The notes beneath the pieces were generated by a model. It was not told where the DNA came from, searched no databases, and was given only the letters and a program-made list of their open reading frames with translations. From a bacterium (GTDB lineage Bacteria; Hinthialibacterota; Hinthialibacteria; Hinthialibacterales; Hinthialibacteraceae): a stretch of DNA of 64,000 nt. A program made the translations under genes and the position numbers. Each line of letters begins with the position of its first letter. The stretch's first letter is position 1. The stretch covers positions 1,568,001-1,632,000 of the forward strand of contig CAXXMV010000002.1 in assembly GCA_963662285.2 (NCBI GenBank), in the 5' to 3' direction. Positions 10,100 through 21,200 of this stretch are shown piece by piece.

Positions 10100-11870
10100 C
10101 TATTCAGGGTAATTCAGGTTGATTCTGATTTGCCCATCGTTAACTTGCGTCTGTTGTTCGTTGACTTGAATTAGTAGCGGCTCTGTCTGGTCGCCTACTA
10201 AGTCGAACTTTACCGACATCAGGTTGCTTTGGCCTTGTTGCAATGGCGTTCCCAAGGCGCCTGACAGGATTAGTCGGCCTGGTTCGGAGTCGTTGACGGC
10301 CAGCAACCCTGATGGAACCAGCCATCCGCTTGCCGCCCCGTTGAATTGCAGATGTTCTGGATTGTACGACAGGTCTATGCGTAAACCTTGTACATCATCC
10401 GCATTATCGATTTGGAAGGTTACAATCCATGAACTACCCTGCTGTTCGAAGAAGACATTCATGTTTCGGGTGGTTTGGCGTTTTGATACTTTGCCAGCTG
10501 GCAACGGCTCATCAGGGCCCCATTGATCGTGATCGGTATCAGCAGGGAACCAATCAATCAGCAACGCGTATTTTTGCAGAACAAGCGATGCATCCAGCGT
10601 TCCCGCCACATCATCGTCGTTCACATCGGCTGCTATCGGGAAATTAAGCCAAGGCTGCATAGGATCGGGATAGTACTCTGGATAATCGAGCACCGGATAG
10701 CCAGGGAAACTGTCTATCAATTCAGCGTTGAATTGCAGCAGCAGCGATGCATCGACTGAGCCTGCCTGAGCGTTGTCGTTGAGGTCGCCCCACATGAAGG
10801 GGATGTAAATCTTTATCACAAACTGTTGAGCAGGCGAGTGGTTGATTCCACCGTTGGCGACGCCGCCGCTGTCGTAGAGAGTCGCGGTTGCATCAAACAC
10901 GCCGTGGGTATTCAGGTTTGGCGTGAAGCGCAAGGTCCCACCTGCGTCGATGGTTGGCGAGGCCGAGAACAATTCGGGGTTGCTGGTTTCGACGTAGAAG
11001 AACCAAACGCTCTGATCGGATTCGTTGGCTGGTCCAACGCTGATGGATGTCGCCCAACCTGGGAATGTATGCTGCCCGCCAGTGGCGTTGAGAACCACCG
11101 CAGTAGCGCCCGCGATGAAGGATGGAGCGTCGTTGACCGGATCAACCGTAATGCTGAACACGTAAGGCGTCGAACTATCGATGCCGCCGTTGGCGGTTCC
11201 ACCGGAGTCATGCAGAACGGCGGTGGCGTTGCAAATACCATACTCGTCGGAAGCCAGTGTATAACGCAATGCTCCTGATGCATCAATGGTTGGCTGGCTG
11301 AAGAATAACGATGTATTATCAATATCCAATGTAAAATTCAAATCCTGCCAAGATTCATAGGCTATGCCTGGGCTGATGTCAGTAGCCCAGCCAATGATTT
11401 CATGGGCGCCGGAATCTTCCAACACAACTTGGTTTGCTCCACCATTAAACGACGGCTGATGGTTAGGACCAAGCACGGTGGCGCTCCAGATTTCTGTACT
11501 GAAAGCAATGGCATCTTCGTTCAAACTTGTTAGCGCATTAAAGGTTACCGAAATAGGCGTGAAGTCGGCCAGTGTATCATTAACGTGCAACTGGAATTTC
11601 ATCAACGATCCAGGGCCGCTCGCTAAAGCATCCGTAGCGCTGGCGCAGGTGAAGATGGCTAACGCAGGGCTGACGCTGTTTACTACCAATGGCCCCCAAC
11701 CGTTTTCCGTTGAGGTTCCAACCTTGGTCGCTGAACCGTCGACGTAGGTTACTTTGCTTGGATCGAGGTCTAGGGCTACTCGGTAGCCGATGATGCCTGA
11801 AGTGTCGGAGATGTTGACGGCTATTTCGATATCTTGGCTGCGGTGGACGTTTAGGTTGGTGGGTTGAAAT
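10100..11870 (-). repeat. Copy 3 of constant region
   Basis: Near-identical to the other copies. Confidence 0.9.
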
Positions 11871-14593
11871 GATAAAACTATGCCTTGCTGAGTGAAATCA
11901 TAGGGATCATGATTATTTTGAGGACTATAGGCAAATCCAGAAAGTAAGTTATTCCATTCATCAAAAACAGGAACGCCTATCCTACTACGTAAAACCATGA
12001 CATCATTCCAGTCATCTTGCTCCAAATCATTATTTTCGATATTTACTACATCTCCGGCGCTTAACCCTGCATTAGCAACGAAACTTGAAATATCGGAGAT
12101 ATGATTGTGGTCGCATATGAGTTTTATTAAATTACTGTTATTTGTAACATCCAGACTGGTTAATTGATTGTTATAGCAATATAGATAATTCAAATCTGGA
12201 TTCTGGGATATATCCATATTGGTCAATTGATTTTCTGAACATGAAAGAGAATATAGATCAATGTTTTGAGAAACATCTAAACTTGTTAATTGATTACTGT
12301 GGCATAGTAAATGCGTTAAAACAGCGTTATTTGAAACATTCAAACTTACCAATTGATTTAACTGAGTTTCCAAGTTCATTAAATTACCATTTGATGAAAG
12401 ATCGAGACTCGTCAATTGGTTCCCGCCACAAACAAAATGCGTCAAAGCAATATTCTGAGAGAGGTCTATATTCGTTATTTGATTATTTCCACAATTGAAA
12501 TGTAATAACGCACTGTTCTGAGAAACATCTAAACTAGTCAGTTGGTTAACAAAACAATATAGAGTTCCCAATAATGTGTTATGACTGACGTTCAAATTGG
12601 ATATTTGATTAAAATCACAATTCAAATATGTAAGTGTAGTGTTTTGGGATATGTCTAAACCAGTTAATTGATTTCCACTACAATTAAAAGTTGTCAAGCC
12701 AGTGAAAAACTCGATACCTGATGCGCTAGCAATATTCTTCGAAGATACATCCATAGAAGTTATCTGTGCTGCATCTGTTGCGGTAAAAACCTCTCCTGAA
12801 CTAACTCCCATGATGATTTCAACCGCTGCGCGGAAATTGGGATCAGGGAAATTTTCGGGTGTGTTGATATTTTCACTACTATAATGCAAGATTGTTCCGC
12901 CTACTCCTACAGAGAAGACATCGTTGCCTGAGTTTCCCCACACTCCATAAAGTTGTTGAGTCGTGCCGCTGCTCATAGCGTTCCAACTCGTTCCATCGAA
13001 ATAGAGGATTGCGCCGTTGGTTCCCACGGCAAAAACATCACTACCTGAATTCCCCCACACGCCATTAAGACCTTCAGTAGTGCCACTGCTCATGGCGTTC
13101 CAACTGCTGCCGTCGTAATGCCTTATCATTCCTGAATGCTCCAAGGCAAACACATCGCTGCCAGAACTTCCCCACACGCTATTAAAGTTTTCAGCCGTAC
13201 CACTACTCATGGTGCTCCAACTCGATCCATCGTAATGCAGGATCGTGCCGCTCAATCCTACGGCAAAGACATCGCTGCCCGAACTCCCCCACACACTTTG
13301 AAGATTTTGAGCCGTACTGCTGCTCATGGCGCTCCAATTCGTTCCATTGAAATGCAGGATCGTGCCACTGTACCCCACAGAAAATACATCACTGCCCGAA
13401 CTCCCCCATACGTCTCTAAGGTCTTGAGTCGTGCCGCTGCTCATGGCGCTCCAATTCGTTCCATTGAAATGAAGGATCGTGCCACTGTACCCCACGGCAA
13501 ATACATCACTGCTCGAACTCCCCCACACTCCTCTAAGGATTTGAGCCGTGCCACTGCTCATGGTGTTCCAATCCGCACCATCGTAATGCAGGATCGTTCC
13601 ATTGTACCCCATGGCAAACACATCACTGTCAGAACTCCCCCATATACCGTAAAGGTGTTGAGTCGTGCCGTTATTCATGATGGACCAACTCGAACCGTTG
13701 AAATGCGGGATCGTACAATTTTCCCCCACGGCAAAGACATCGCCGCCCGAAGTTCCCCACACTCCTCTAAGTATTTTAGTAGTGCCGCTGCTCATGGCGC
13801 TCCAACTCGATCCATCATAATGAAAGATCGTACCACTGAATCCCACAGCAAACACATCATTGCCCGTGTCTCCCCACACTCCTGTAAGATTTTGAGCCGT
13901 GTTGCTGCTCATGGAGTTCCAACTAGATCCATCGTAATGCAGAATTGTTCCATTATACCCCGCGATAAAGACATCACTGCCTGATATCCCCGACACATCA
14001 TAAAGGATTTGAGTAGTGCCGCTGCTCATGGCGCTCCAACTCGCCCCATCGTAATGCAAGATAGTACCAGTATGCCCCACAGCAAAAACATCGCTTCCCG
14101 AACTTCCCCAAACTCCATAAAGGTGTTGAGCCGTACCACTGCTCATGGTGCTCCAACTCGCCCCATCGTAATGTAAGATCGTGCCAGTATATCCCACAGC
14201 AAAGACATTGTTGCTCGAAATCCCACACAATCCAAAAATATGTTGAGTCGTACCGCTGCTCATGGCGCTCCATGTTGATCCATCGTAATGAAGGATCGTA
14301 CCGTATTCACCTACGGCAAACACATCGCTCCCTGAAGTCCCCCAAACCCCTTGGAGGTTTGTCGTCGCTCCGCTGCTCATGGCCATCCACTTCGATCCAT
14401 CGTAATGCAGGATCGAGCCGCTATCACCTACAGCAAATACATCGCTGCCCGAAATCCCCCACACTCCTTGAAGGTTATTTTCTGTCGGCATTGGGCTCTG
14501 CCATTCCCACTCTTCAGCAATAACCAGGGATGAGATAAATAAAAATGATACGAATACGGTAAAAATCACAGTGAATCTGGCTTTGTTTGTCAT
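10100..14593 (-). CDS. Array gene 3: secreted 14x39-aa (WGSSGSDVFAVG) repeat propeller + internalin-type LRR + constant body
   Basis: 14 repeats of LxGVWGSSGSDVFAVGxxGTILHYDGxxW; LRR cap 'FPDPNFRAAV' and 'NQLTSLDVSQN' repeats; shared C-terminus. Confidence 0.9.
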   Translation of the reverse strand: MTNKARFTVIFTVFVSFLFISSLVIAEEWEWQSPMPTENNLQGVWGISGSDVFAVGDSGSILHYDGSKWMAMSSGATTNLQGVWGTSGSDVFAVGEYGTILHYDGSTWSAMSSGTTQHIFGLCGISSNNVFAVGYTGTILHYDGASWSTMSSGTAQHLYGVWGSSGSDVFAVGHTGTILHYDGASWSAMSSGTTQILYDVSGISGSDVFIAGYNGTILHYDGSSWNSMSSNTAQNLTGVWGDTGNDVFAVGFSGTIFHYDGSSWSAMSSGTTKILRGVWGTSGGDVFAVGENCTIPHFNGSSWSIMNNGTTQHLYGIWGSSDSDVFAMGYNGTILHYDGADWNTMSSGTAQILRGVWGSSSSDVFAVGYSGTILHFNGTNWSAMSSGTTQDLRDVWGSSGSDVFSVGYSGTILHFNGTNWSAMSSSTAQNLQSVWGSSGSDVFAVGLSGTILHYDGSSWSTMSSGTAENFNSVWGSSGSDVFALEHSGMIRHYDGSSWNAMSSGTTEGLNGVWGNSGSDVFAVGTNGAILYFDGTSWNAMSSGTTQQLYGVWGNSGNDVFSVGVGGTILHYSSENINTPENFPDPNFRAAVEIIMGVSSGEVFTATDAAQITSMDVSSKNIASASGIEFFTGLTTFNCSGNQLTGLDISQNTTLTYLNCDFNQISNLNVSHNTLLGTLYCFVNQLTSLDVSQNSALLHFNCGNNQITNIDLSQNIALTHFVCGGNQLTSLDLSSNGNLMNLETQLNQLVSLNVSNNAVLTHLLCHSNQLTSLDVSQNIDLYSLSCSENQLTNMDISQNPDLNYLYCYNNQLTSLDVTNNSNLIKLICDHNHISDISSFVANAGLSAGDVVNIENNDLEQDDWNDVMVLRSRIGVPVFDEWNNLLSGFAYSPQNNHDPYDFTQQGIVLSFQPTNLNVHRSQDIEIAVNISDTSGIIGYRVALDLDPSKVTYVDGSATKVGTSTENGWGPLVVNSVSPALAIFTCASATDALASGPGSLMKFQLHVNDTLADFTPISVTFNALTSLNEDAIAFSTEIWSATVLGPNHQPSFNGGANQVVLEDSGAHEIIGWATDISPGIAYESWQDLNFTLDIDNTSLFFSQPTIDASGALRYTLASDEYGICNATAVLHDSGGTANGGIDSSTPYVFSITVDPVNDAPSFIAGATAVVLNATGGQHTFPGWATSISVGPANESDQSVWFFYVETSNPELFSASPTIDAGGTLRFTPNLNTHGVFDATATLYDSGGVANGGINHSPAQQFVIKIYIPFMWGDLNDNAQAGSVDASLLLQFNAELIDSFPGYPVLDYPEYYPDPMQPWLNFPIAADVNDDDVAGTLDASLVLQKYALLIDWFPADTDHDQWGPDEPLPAGKVSKRQTTRNMNVFFEQQGSSWIVTFQIDNADDVQGLRIDLSYNPEHLQFNGAASGWLVPSGLLAVNDSEPGRLILSGALGTPLQQGQSNLMSVKFDLVGDQTEPLLIQVNEQQTQVNDGQIRINLNYPE
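12885..14480 (-). repeat. Intragenic tandem 117-bp repeats (14 units)
   Basis: Recurring 'gctgctcatggcgctccaact...cgtaatgcaggatcgtgcc' at 117-bp period. Confidence 0.85.
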
Positions 14594-14623
14594 CGTAATA
14601 AAATCTCCTTTATTGAATGAATA

Positions 14624-14659
14624 AAGCAGGAACTTCTATCCACATAGAAGTTCCTGCTT
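14624..14659 (-). terminator. Intergenic stem-loop after array gene 4
   Basis: AAGCAGGAACTTCTAT-ccac-ATAGAAGTTCCTGCTT perfect 16-bp stem. Confidence 0.6.
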
Positions 14660-14672
14660 ACGTATTTATTTC

Positions 14673-16445
14673 TTACTCATAAATCGAATAATCAAAGTTC
14701 ATCCAAATTTGCCCGTCGTTGATCAGCGTCTGTTCTTCATCGACTTGGATTAGTAGCGGTTCTGTCAGGTCGCCTACTAAGTCGAACTTTACCGACATCA
14801 GGTTGCTTTGGCCTTGTTGCAATGGCGTTCCCAAGGCGCCTGAAAGAATCAAGCGGCCTGGCTCGGAGTCGTTGACGGCCAGCAACCCTGATGGAACCAG
14901 CCATCCGCTTGCCGCCCCGTTGAATTGCAGCTGTTCTGGATTGTACGACAGGTCTATGCGTAAACCTTGCACGTCTTCTGCGTCGTCGATTTGGAAGGTT
15001 ACAATCCATGAACTATCCTGCTGCTCGAAGAGCACATTCATGTTTCGGGCGGTTTGGCGTTTGGATACTTTGCCAGCTGGCAGCGGCTCATCCGGCCCCC
15101 ATTGATCGTGATCGGTATCTGCGGGGAACCAATCAATCAGCAAGGCGTATTTTTGCAGAACAAGCGATGCATCCAGCGTTCCCGCCACATCATCGTCGTT
15201 CACATCGGCTGCTATCGGGAAATTAAGCCAAGGCTGCATAGGATCGGGATAGTATTCAGGATAATCGAGCACTGGATATCCAGGGAAACTGTCTATCAAT
15301 TCAGCGTTGAATTGCAGCAATAGCGATGCATCGACTGAGCCTGCCTGAGCGTTGTCGTTGAGGTCGCCCCACATGAAGGGGATGTAAATCTTTATCACAA
15401 ACTGTTGAGCAGGCGAGTGGTTGATTCCACCGTTGGCGACGCCGCCGCTGTCGTAGAGAGTCGCGGTTGCATCAAACACGCCGTGAGTATTCAGGTTTGG
15501 CGTGAAGCGCAAGGTTCCACCTGCATCGATGGTTGGCGAAACCGAGAACAATTCGGGATTGCTGGTTTCAACGTCGAACCACAACGACTGAGCTGATTCG
15601 TTAGCCGGACCAGCGCTGATATCAGTCGCCCAACCTGGGAATGTATGCTGCCCGCCAGTGGCGTTGAGAACCACCGCAGTGGCGCCCGCGATGAAGGAAG
15701 GCGCGTCGTTGACCGGATTGGCTGTGATGCTGAATACGTAAGGCGTTGAACTATCGATGCCGCCGTTAGCGGTTCCGCCGGAGTCATGCAGCACGGCGGT
15801 GGCGTTGCAAATACCATATTCGTCGGAAGCCAGCGTATAACGCAGCGTTCCTGACGGATCGATGGTTGGTTGAACAAAGAACAGCGATGCATTATCAATA
15901 TCCAAAGTGAAATTCAAAGCCTGCCACGATTCATAGGCTATACCGGGGCTGATGTCCGTAGCCCAACCAATAATTTCATGAGCGCCGGAATCTTCCAACA
16001 CAACTTGGTTTGCTCCACCCGTGAAGGTCGGGATGTGGTTGGGACCGAGAACAGTGGCGCTCCAGATTTCTGAACTGAAAGCGATGGCATCTTCATTCAA
16101 ACTTGTAAGCGCATTGAAGGTAACTGAAATAGGCGTAAAGTCGTCTAGCGTATCATTGACGTGCAGTTGGAATTTCATCAACGACCCTGCGCCGCTCGCT
16201 AAAGCTTCCGTAGCGCTGGCGCAAGTGAAGATGGCTATTTCGGGGCTGGCGCTATTAACAACCAAAGGCCCCCAACCGTTTTCTGTAGAGGTTCCCACCT
16301 TGGTCGCTGAACCTGGGATGTAGGTTACTTTGCTAGGGTCGAGGTCTAGGGCTACTCGGTAGCCGACTACTCCTGAAGCGTCGGAGATGTTGACGGCGAT
16401 TTCGATGTCTTGGCTTCGGTGGACGTTTAGTTCTGTGGGGTTGAG
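14673..16445 (-). repeat. Copy 4 of constant region
   Basis: Near-identical to the other copies. Confidence 0.9.
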
Positions 16446-19202
16446 AGAGAGTAAGGTAGAAGAAGGATTGGAATTGGACGTAATTCGAATTTGATCGATT
16501 TTCGGGCTGTAGATGGGCGAAAGTGAATGTAATTTCGCCTTCCATCGGAGATCATTGCCTGTGGTTGGGAAATCGAATTGCACGCCCGATTTCACTTGGA
16601 AGAATTGGCTGCCGCCGTTATTGCTCAGGTAATAATCCACGCTGGTATTAGTTGGCAGCGAACTAAGCGTTGAGGTTAGAGTCGCATTGATGATGTCGTC
16701 GGTTTCCGTATCAATTTCAAGCGAGACGCCTGTTCCCTGAGTGGTGTTAAAGAGATTGTGTGGATTTTGTTTATTCAAATACAGGCGATTGGGTTGGCTT
16801 TGATTCCCCGCGATTATATCCAAATCTCCATCATTATCAAAATCTCCAAGGGCTGCTACCCGTGTATTATGAGTATCGGATGTAATATCTGATCCGGTTA
16901 CGCTGTTGAATGGAGCCGACGTTCCGCTGTTAAGATAGAGTCGATTGATTTGGTTTCCATAATTACCCGCAATCAGATCCAAGTCCCCATCTTCATCTAC
17001 ATCTCCCAAGGCGACTGAATAAGTACTGTGAGAATCGGAAGTAATGTCCGAGCCTGTGATGCCATTGAAGGGAGCCGCCGTTCCGTTATTAAGATACAGT
17101 CGATTAATTTGGTTATTAAAATTCCCCGCAATTAGATCTAAATCCCCGTCTCCATCCATATCTCCCAAGGCTACTGAAATAGTATCATGAAAATCCGATG
17201 TAATGTCCGAGCCAGTGACGCCGTTGAAGGGAGCCGACGTTCCGTTATTAAGATAGAGTCGATTGATTTGGTTTCCATAATTACCCGCAATCAGATCTAA
17301 ATCCCCGTCTCCATCCACATCTCCCAAAACTACCGAATAAGTATTATGAGAATCCGAGGTAATGTCCGAGCCTGTGACGCCATTGAAGGGAGCCGCTGTT
17401 CCGTTATTAAGATACAGTCGATTAATTTGGTTGTCATAATTCCCCGCAATCAGATCTAAATCCCCGTCTCCATCCATATCTCCCAAGGCCACTGACAGAG
17501 AATCAGAAACATCCAAAGTAATATCCGAACCAGTGACGCTGTTGAATGGATCCGCTGTTCCGTTGTTAAGGTACAGACGATTGGTTTGGTTACCATAATT
17601 CCCTGCAATCAGGTCCAAATCCCCATCTCCATCAATATCTCCTAAAGCAACTGAATAAGTATTATGAGAATCCGAGGTAATGTCCGAGCCACTAACGCCA
17701 TCGAAAGGAGCCACCGTTCCATTGTTCAAATACAAACGATTGACTGTGTTGTAATTATTCCCCACAATTAGATCCAAATCCCCGTCTCCATCCATATCTC
17801 CTATAGCGAAAGAAAAAGTCTGATTAACATCTGAGGTAATGTCCGATCCTGTAATGCCATGGAAGGGGTCATCAGTGGCATTGTTCAAATACAGACGATT
17901 AGTTTGGTTTAGGTTACCCGCAATCAGATCTAAATCCCCATCTCCATCCATATCTCCTAAGGCAACTGGCCGAGTATTATAATCATCCGAGGTAATGTCC
18001 GATCCGGATATGCCATTGAAGGGCGCCGCAGTACCGTTGTTTAAATACAGACGATTGATTTGGCCGTAATTCCCTGCGATCAGATCCAAATCCCCGTCTT
18101 CATCTACATCGCCCAAAGTTACAGAACAAGTATCGTGAGAATCCGAGGTAATGTCTAAGCCGAGGATTCCGTTGAAGGGAGTCGCCGTTCCGTTGTTAAA
18201 ATACAGATGATTGATTCCATTGTCCCCAGTGACCAGATCCAAATCCCCGTCTCCATCTAAATCTCCCAAGACTACTGAAGAAGTTACATAAGCATCCGAT
18301 GTAATATTTGAGCCGGTAACTCCGTTGAAAGGATCTGCCGTTCCATTGTTCAAATATAGACGAGTGCTCTCAAAAAGATTCCCCGTAATCAAATCCAAAT
18401 CACCATCTCCATCCATATCTCCTAAGATGATTGATCGAGAATTATGAGAATCTAAAGTAATGTCTGATCCGGTGACTCCATTGAAGGGATCTGTTGTTCC
18501 GTTGTTTAAATATAAGCGATTGGTTTGGTATCTATTACCTTCGACCAGATCCAAGTCACCATCTCCATCTACATCTCCCAGAGTTACTGACCAAGTATCA
18601 TGAAAATCCGAGGTAATATTCGAACCAGTGATGTTGTTGAAAGGATCCGCAGTTCCATTATTCAAATACAGACGATTGATTTGGCCGAAATTCCCTGCGA
18701 TCAGATCCAAATCCCCGTCTTCATCTACATCTCCTACAGTTACTGACGTAGTATCATGATTATCTGTGGTGATATCTGAGCCAGTGACACCGCTGAAGGG
18801 AGTTGTCGTTCCGTTATTTAAATATAGACGATTGATTTGTCCATTATTTCCGGCAATCAGATCCAAATCTCCGTCTCCATCTACATCTCCCAAAGCAATA
18901 GCAGGAGTATTATTTGTATCCGAAGTAATGTCCAAGCCAGTGGTGGTGGATACGGAGAACGCGCCGTACTTGGCTTTACGCCAGGCTAGGATAAGTTGTT
19001 GTTCGTCCGTCGACCAATTGGCGTTGGTTGCTGCGTTATCTTTCAAAGCATCCGTCGAAAAATCTTCAGTAAACGGTAATCCTGGAGTTGCTGCATCGCT
19101 TTTCCCCGGAATAACAGCCAGCAATAAACACAGCGGTAATAAAAGATCAATCCAAAATCTGTGTGATGAAATATGACAGAGAGGTAACGCTAACTTTTTC
19201 AT
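14673..19202 (-). CDS. Array gene 4: secreted 14x FG-GAP/VCBS repeat propeller + constant body
   Basis: 14 repeats of ~52 aa 'LGDxDGDGDLDLIAGNxxQxNRLYLNNG'; shared C-terminus ending WMNFDYSIYE. Start ATG 19202 follows AAGGAG. Confidence 0.9.
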   Translation of the reverse strand: MKKLALPLCHISSHRFWIDLLLPLCLLLAVIPGKSDAATPGLPFTEDFSTDALKDNAATNANWSTDEQQLILAWRKAKYGAFSVSTTTGLDITSDTNNTPAIALGDVDGDGDLDLIAGNNGQINRLYLNNGTTTPFSGVTGSDITTDNHDTTSVTVGDVDEDGDLDLIAGNFGQINRLYLNNGTADPFNNITGSNITSDFHDTWSVTLGDVDGDGDLDLVEGNRYQTNRLYLNNGTTDPFNGVTGSDITLDSHNSRSIILGDMDGDGDLDLITGNLFESTRLYLNNGTADPFNGVTGSNITSDAYVTSSVVLGDLDGDGDLDLVTGDNGINHLYFNNGTATPFNGILGLDITSDSHDTCSVTLGDVDEDGDLDLIAGNYGQINRLYLNNGTAAPFNGISGSDITSDDYNTRPVALGDMDGDGDLDLIAGNLNQTNRLYLNNATDDPFHGITGSDITSDVNQTFSFAIGDMDGDGDLDLIVGNNYNTVNRLYLNNGTVAPFDGVSGSDITSDSHNTYSVALGDIDGDGDLDLIAGNYGNQTNRLYLNNGTADPFNSVTGSDITLDVSDSLSVALGDMDGDGDLDLIAGNYDNQINRLYLNNGTAAPFNGVTGSDITSDSHNTYSVVLGDVDGDGDLDLIAGNYGNQINRLYLNNGTSAPFNGVTGSDITSDFHDTISVALGDMDGDGDLDLIAGNFNNQINRLYLNNGTAAPFNGITGSDITSDSHSTYSVALGDVDEDGDLDLIAGNYGNQINRLYLNSGTSAPFNSVTGSDITSDTHNTRVAALGDFDNDGDLDIIAGNQSQPNRLYLNKQNPHNLFNTTQGTGVSLEIDTETDDIINATLTSTLSSLPTNTSVDYYLSNNGGSQFFQVKSGVQFDFPTTGNDLRWKAKLHSLSPIYSPKIDQIRITSNSNPSSTLLSLNPTELNVHRSQDIEIAVNISDASGVVGYRVALDLDPSKVTYIPGSATKVGTSTENGWGPLVVNSASPEIAIFTCASATEALASGAGSLMKFQLHVNDTLDDFTPISVTFNALTSLNEDAIAFSSEIWSATVLGPNHIPTFTGGANQVVLEDSGAHEIIGWATDISPGIAYESWQALNFTLDIDNASLFFVQPTIDPSGTLRYTLASDEYGICNATAVLHDSGGTANGGIDSSTPYVFSITANPVNDAPSFIAGATAVVLNATGGQHTFPGWATDISAGPANESAQSLWFDVETSNPELFSVSPTIDAGGTLRFTPNLNTHGVFDATATLYDSGGVANGGINHSPAQQFVIKIYIPFMWGDLNDNAQAGSVDASLLLQFNAELIDSFPGYPVLDYPEYYPDPMQPWLNFPIAADVNDDDVAGTLDASLVLQKYALLIDWFPADTDHDQWGPDEPLPAGKVSKRQTARNMNVLFEQQDSSWIVTFQIDDAEDVQGLRIDLSYNPEQLQFNGAASGWLVPSGLLAVNDSEPGRLILSGALGTPLQQGQSNLMSVKFDLVGDLTEPLLIQVDEEQTLINDGQIWMNFDYSIYE
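16780..18930 (-). repeat. Intragenic tandem ~156-159-bp repeats (14 units)
   Basis: Recurring 'atcagatctaaatccccgtctccatccatatctcc' motif. Confidence 0.85.
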
Positions 19203-19376
19203 GATGCAAATCTCCTTATGATAAATATGTTTTTTACTCATTATTAACTTTTGTTTTATGAAACTTGATCTTCCCCTTCATCGATGGAAAACATCAAGTG
19301 TCAGAAGGCGTGATTCCACTGATCTTTCTATTAATACTGTAATCATTGTAATAACATAACAAATGAATAAGAGAAT

Positions 19377-19412
19377 GAGCAGGAGTTTCTAAGTTAATAG
19401 AAACTCCCACTC
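19377..19412 (-). terminator. Intergenic stem-loop after array gene 5
   Basis: GAGCAGGAGTTTCTA ... TAGAAACTCCCACTC, same family as the other hairpins. Confidence 0.55.
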
Positions 19413-19433
19413 GTTATTCAATTGATTTCAATA

Positions 19434-21200
19434 CTATTCGGGGTAATTCAGGTTGATTCTGATTTGCCCATCGTTAACTTGCGTCTGTTGTTCGTTGACT
19501 TGAATTAGTAGCGGTTCTGTCTGGGCGCCTGCTAAGTCGAACTTCACTGACATCAGGTTGCTTTGGCCTTGTTGCAATGGCGTTCCCAAGGCGCCTGAAA
19601 GAATCAAGCGGCCTGGCTCTGAATCGTTGACGGCCAGCAACCCTGATGGAACCAGCCATCCGCTTGCCGCCCCGTTGAATTGCAGTTGTTCTGGATTGTA
19701 CGACAGGTCTACGCGTAAACCTTGTACATCATCCGCATTATCGATTTGGAAGGTTACAATCCATGAACTATCCTGTTGCTCGAAGAGCACATTCATGTTT
19801 CGGGCGGTTTGGCGTTTTGATACTTTGCCAGCTGGCAGCGGTTCATCCGGCCCCCATTGATCGTGATCGGTATCCGCCGGGAACCAATCAATCAGCAAGG
19901 CGTATTTTTGCAGAACCAGCGATGCGTCCAGCGTTCCCGCTACATCATCGTCGTTCACATCGGCTGCTATCGGGAAATTAAGCCAAGGCTGCAAAGGATC
20001 GGGATAGTATTCAGGATAATCTAGTACTGGATAGCCAGGGAAACTGTCTATTAATTCAGCGTTGAATTGCAGCAATAGCGATGCATCGACTGAGCCTGCT
20101 TGGGCGTTGTCATTGAGGTCGCCCCACATGAAGGGGATGTATATCTTTATCACAAACTGTTGAGCAGGTGAGTAGTTGATCCCGCCATTGGCGACGCCGC
20201 CGCTGTCGAATAGAGTTGCGGTTGCATCAAACACGCCGTGAGTATTCAGGTTTGGCGTGAAGCGCAAGGTTCCACCTGCATCGATGGTTGGCGATGCCGA
20301 GAACAATTCGGGATTACTGGTTTCAACGTCGAACCAAACTATCTGAGATGATTCGTTCGCCGGACCAGTGCTGATATCTGTCGCCCATGCGGGAAATGTA
20401 TGCTGCCCGCCAGTGGCGTTGAGAACCACCGCAGTAGCGCCCGCGATGAAGGATGGAGCGTCATTAACCGGATCGACTGTGATGCTGAATACAAACGGCG
20501 TCGAACTATCAATGCCGCCGTTAGTGGTTCCACCGGAGTCATGCAGCACGGCGGTGGCGTTGCAAATACCATACTCGTCGGAAGCCAGCGTATAACGCAG
20601 CGTTCCTGACGCATCGATGGTTGGTTGAACAAAGAACAGCGATGTATTATCAATATCCAATGTAAAATTCAAATCCTGCCAAGATTCATAGGCTATACCG
20701 GGGCTGATGTTCGTAGCCCAACCAATGATTTCATGAGCGCCGGAATCTTCCAAAACAACTTGGTTCGCTCCACCTATAAAATACGGCTGATGGTTTGGAC
20801 CAAGCACGGTGGCGCTCCAGATTTCTGTACTGAAAGCGATGGCATCTTCGTTGAGACTTGTTAGCGGAGTGAAGCTGACAGATATAGGCGTAAAGTCGGC
20901 TAACGTCTCGTTGACATGTAATTGGAATTTCATCAACGACCCAGGGCCGCTCGCTAAAGCCTCCGTAGCGCTGGCGCAGGTAAAAATGGCTATTTCAGGG
21001 CTGGCGCTATTAACAACCAAAGGCCCCCAACCGTTTTCTGTAGAGGTTCCCACCTTGGTCGCTGAACCTGGGACGTAGGTTACTTTGCTAGGATCAAGGT
21101 CTAGGGCTATGCGGTAGCCGACGATGTCTGAAGCATCGGAGATGTTAACGGTGATTTCTACGTCTTGATTTCGGTGGACGTTGAGGTTGGTGGGTTGGAG
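19434..21200 (-). repeat. Copy 5 of constant region
   Basis: Near-identical to the other copies. Confidence 0.9.

Noticed and set aside
13136-13984. 282-aa plus-strand ORF
   Set aside because: Antisense to the 117-bp coding repeats of array gene 3; its periodicity mirrors that repeat.
3156-21078. Recurring plus-strand ORFs (MLWPCCNG..., MNYPAARR..., MNKEQRCI...)
   Set aside because: Antisense shadows of the duplicated constant region; they recur only because the DNA is repeated.
3032-21200. Constant-region copies as a pure assembly duplication
   Set aside because: Copies differ by many substitutions and a codon indel, and each joins in frame to a unique head.
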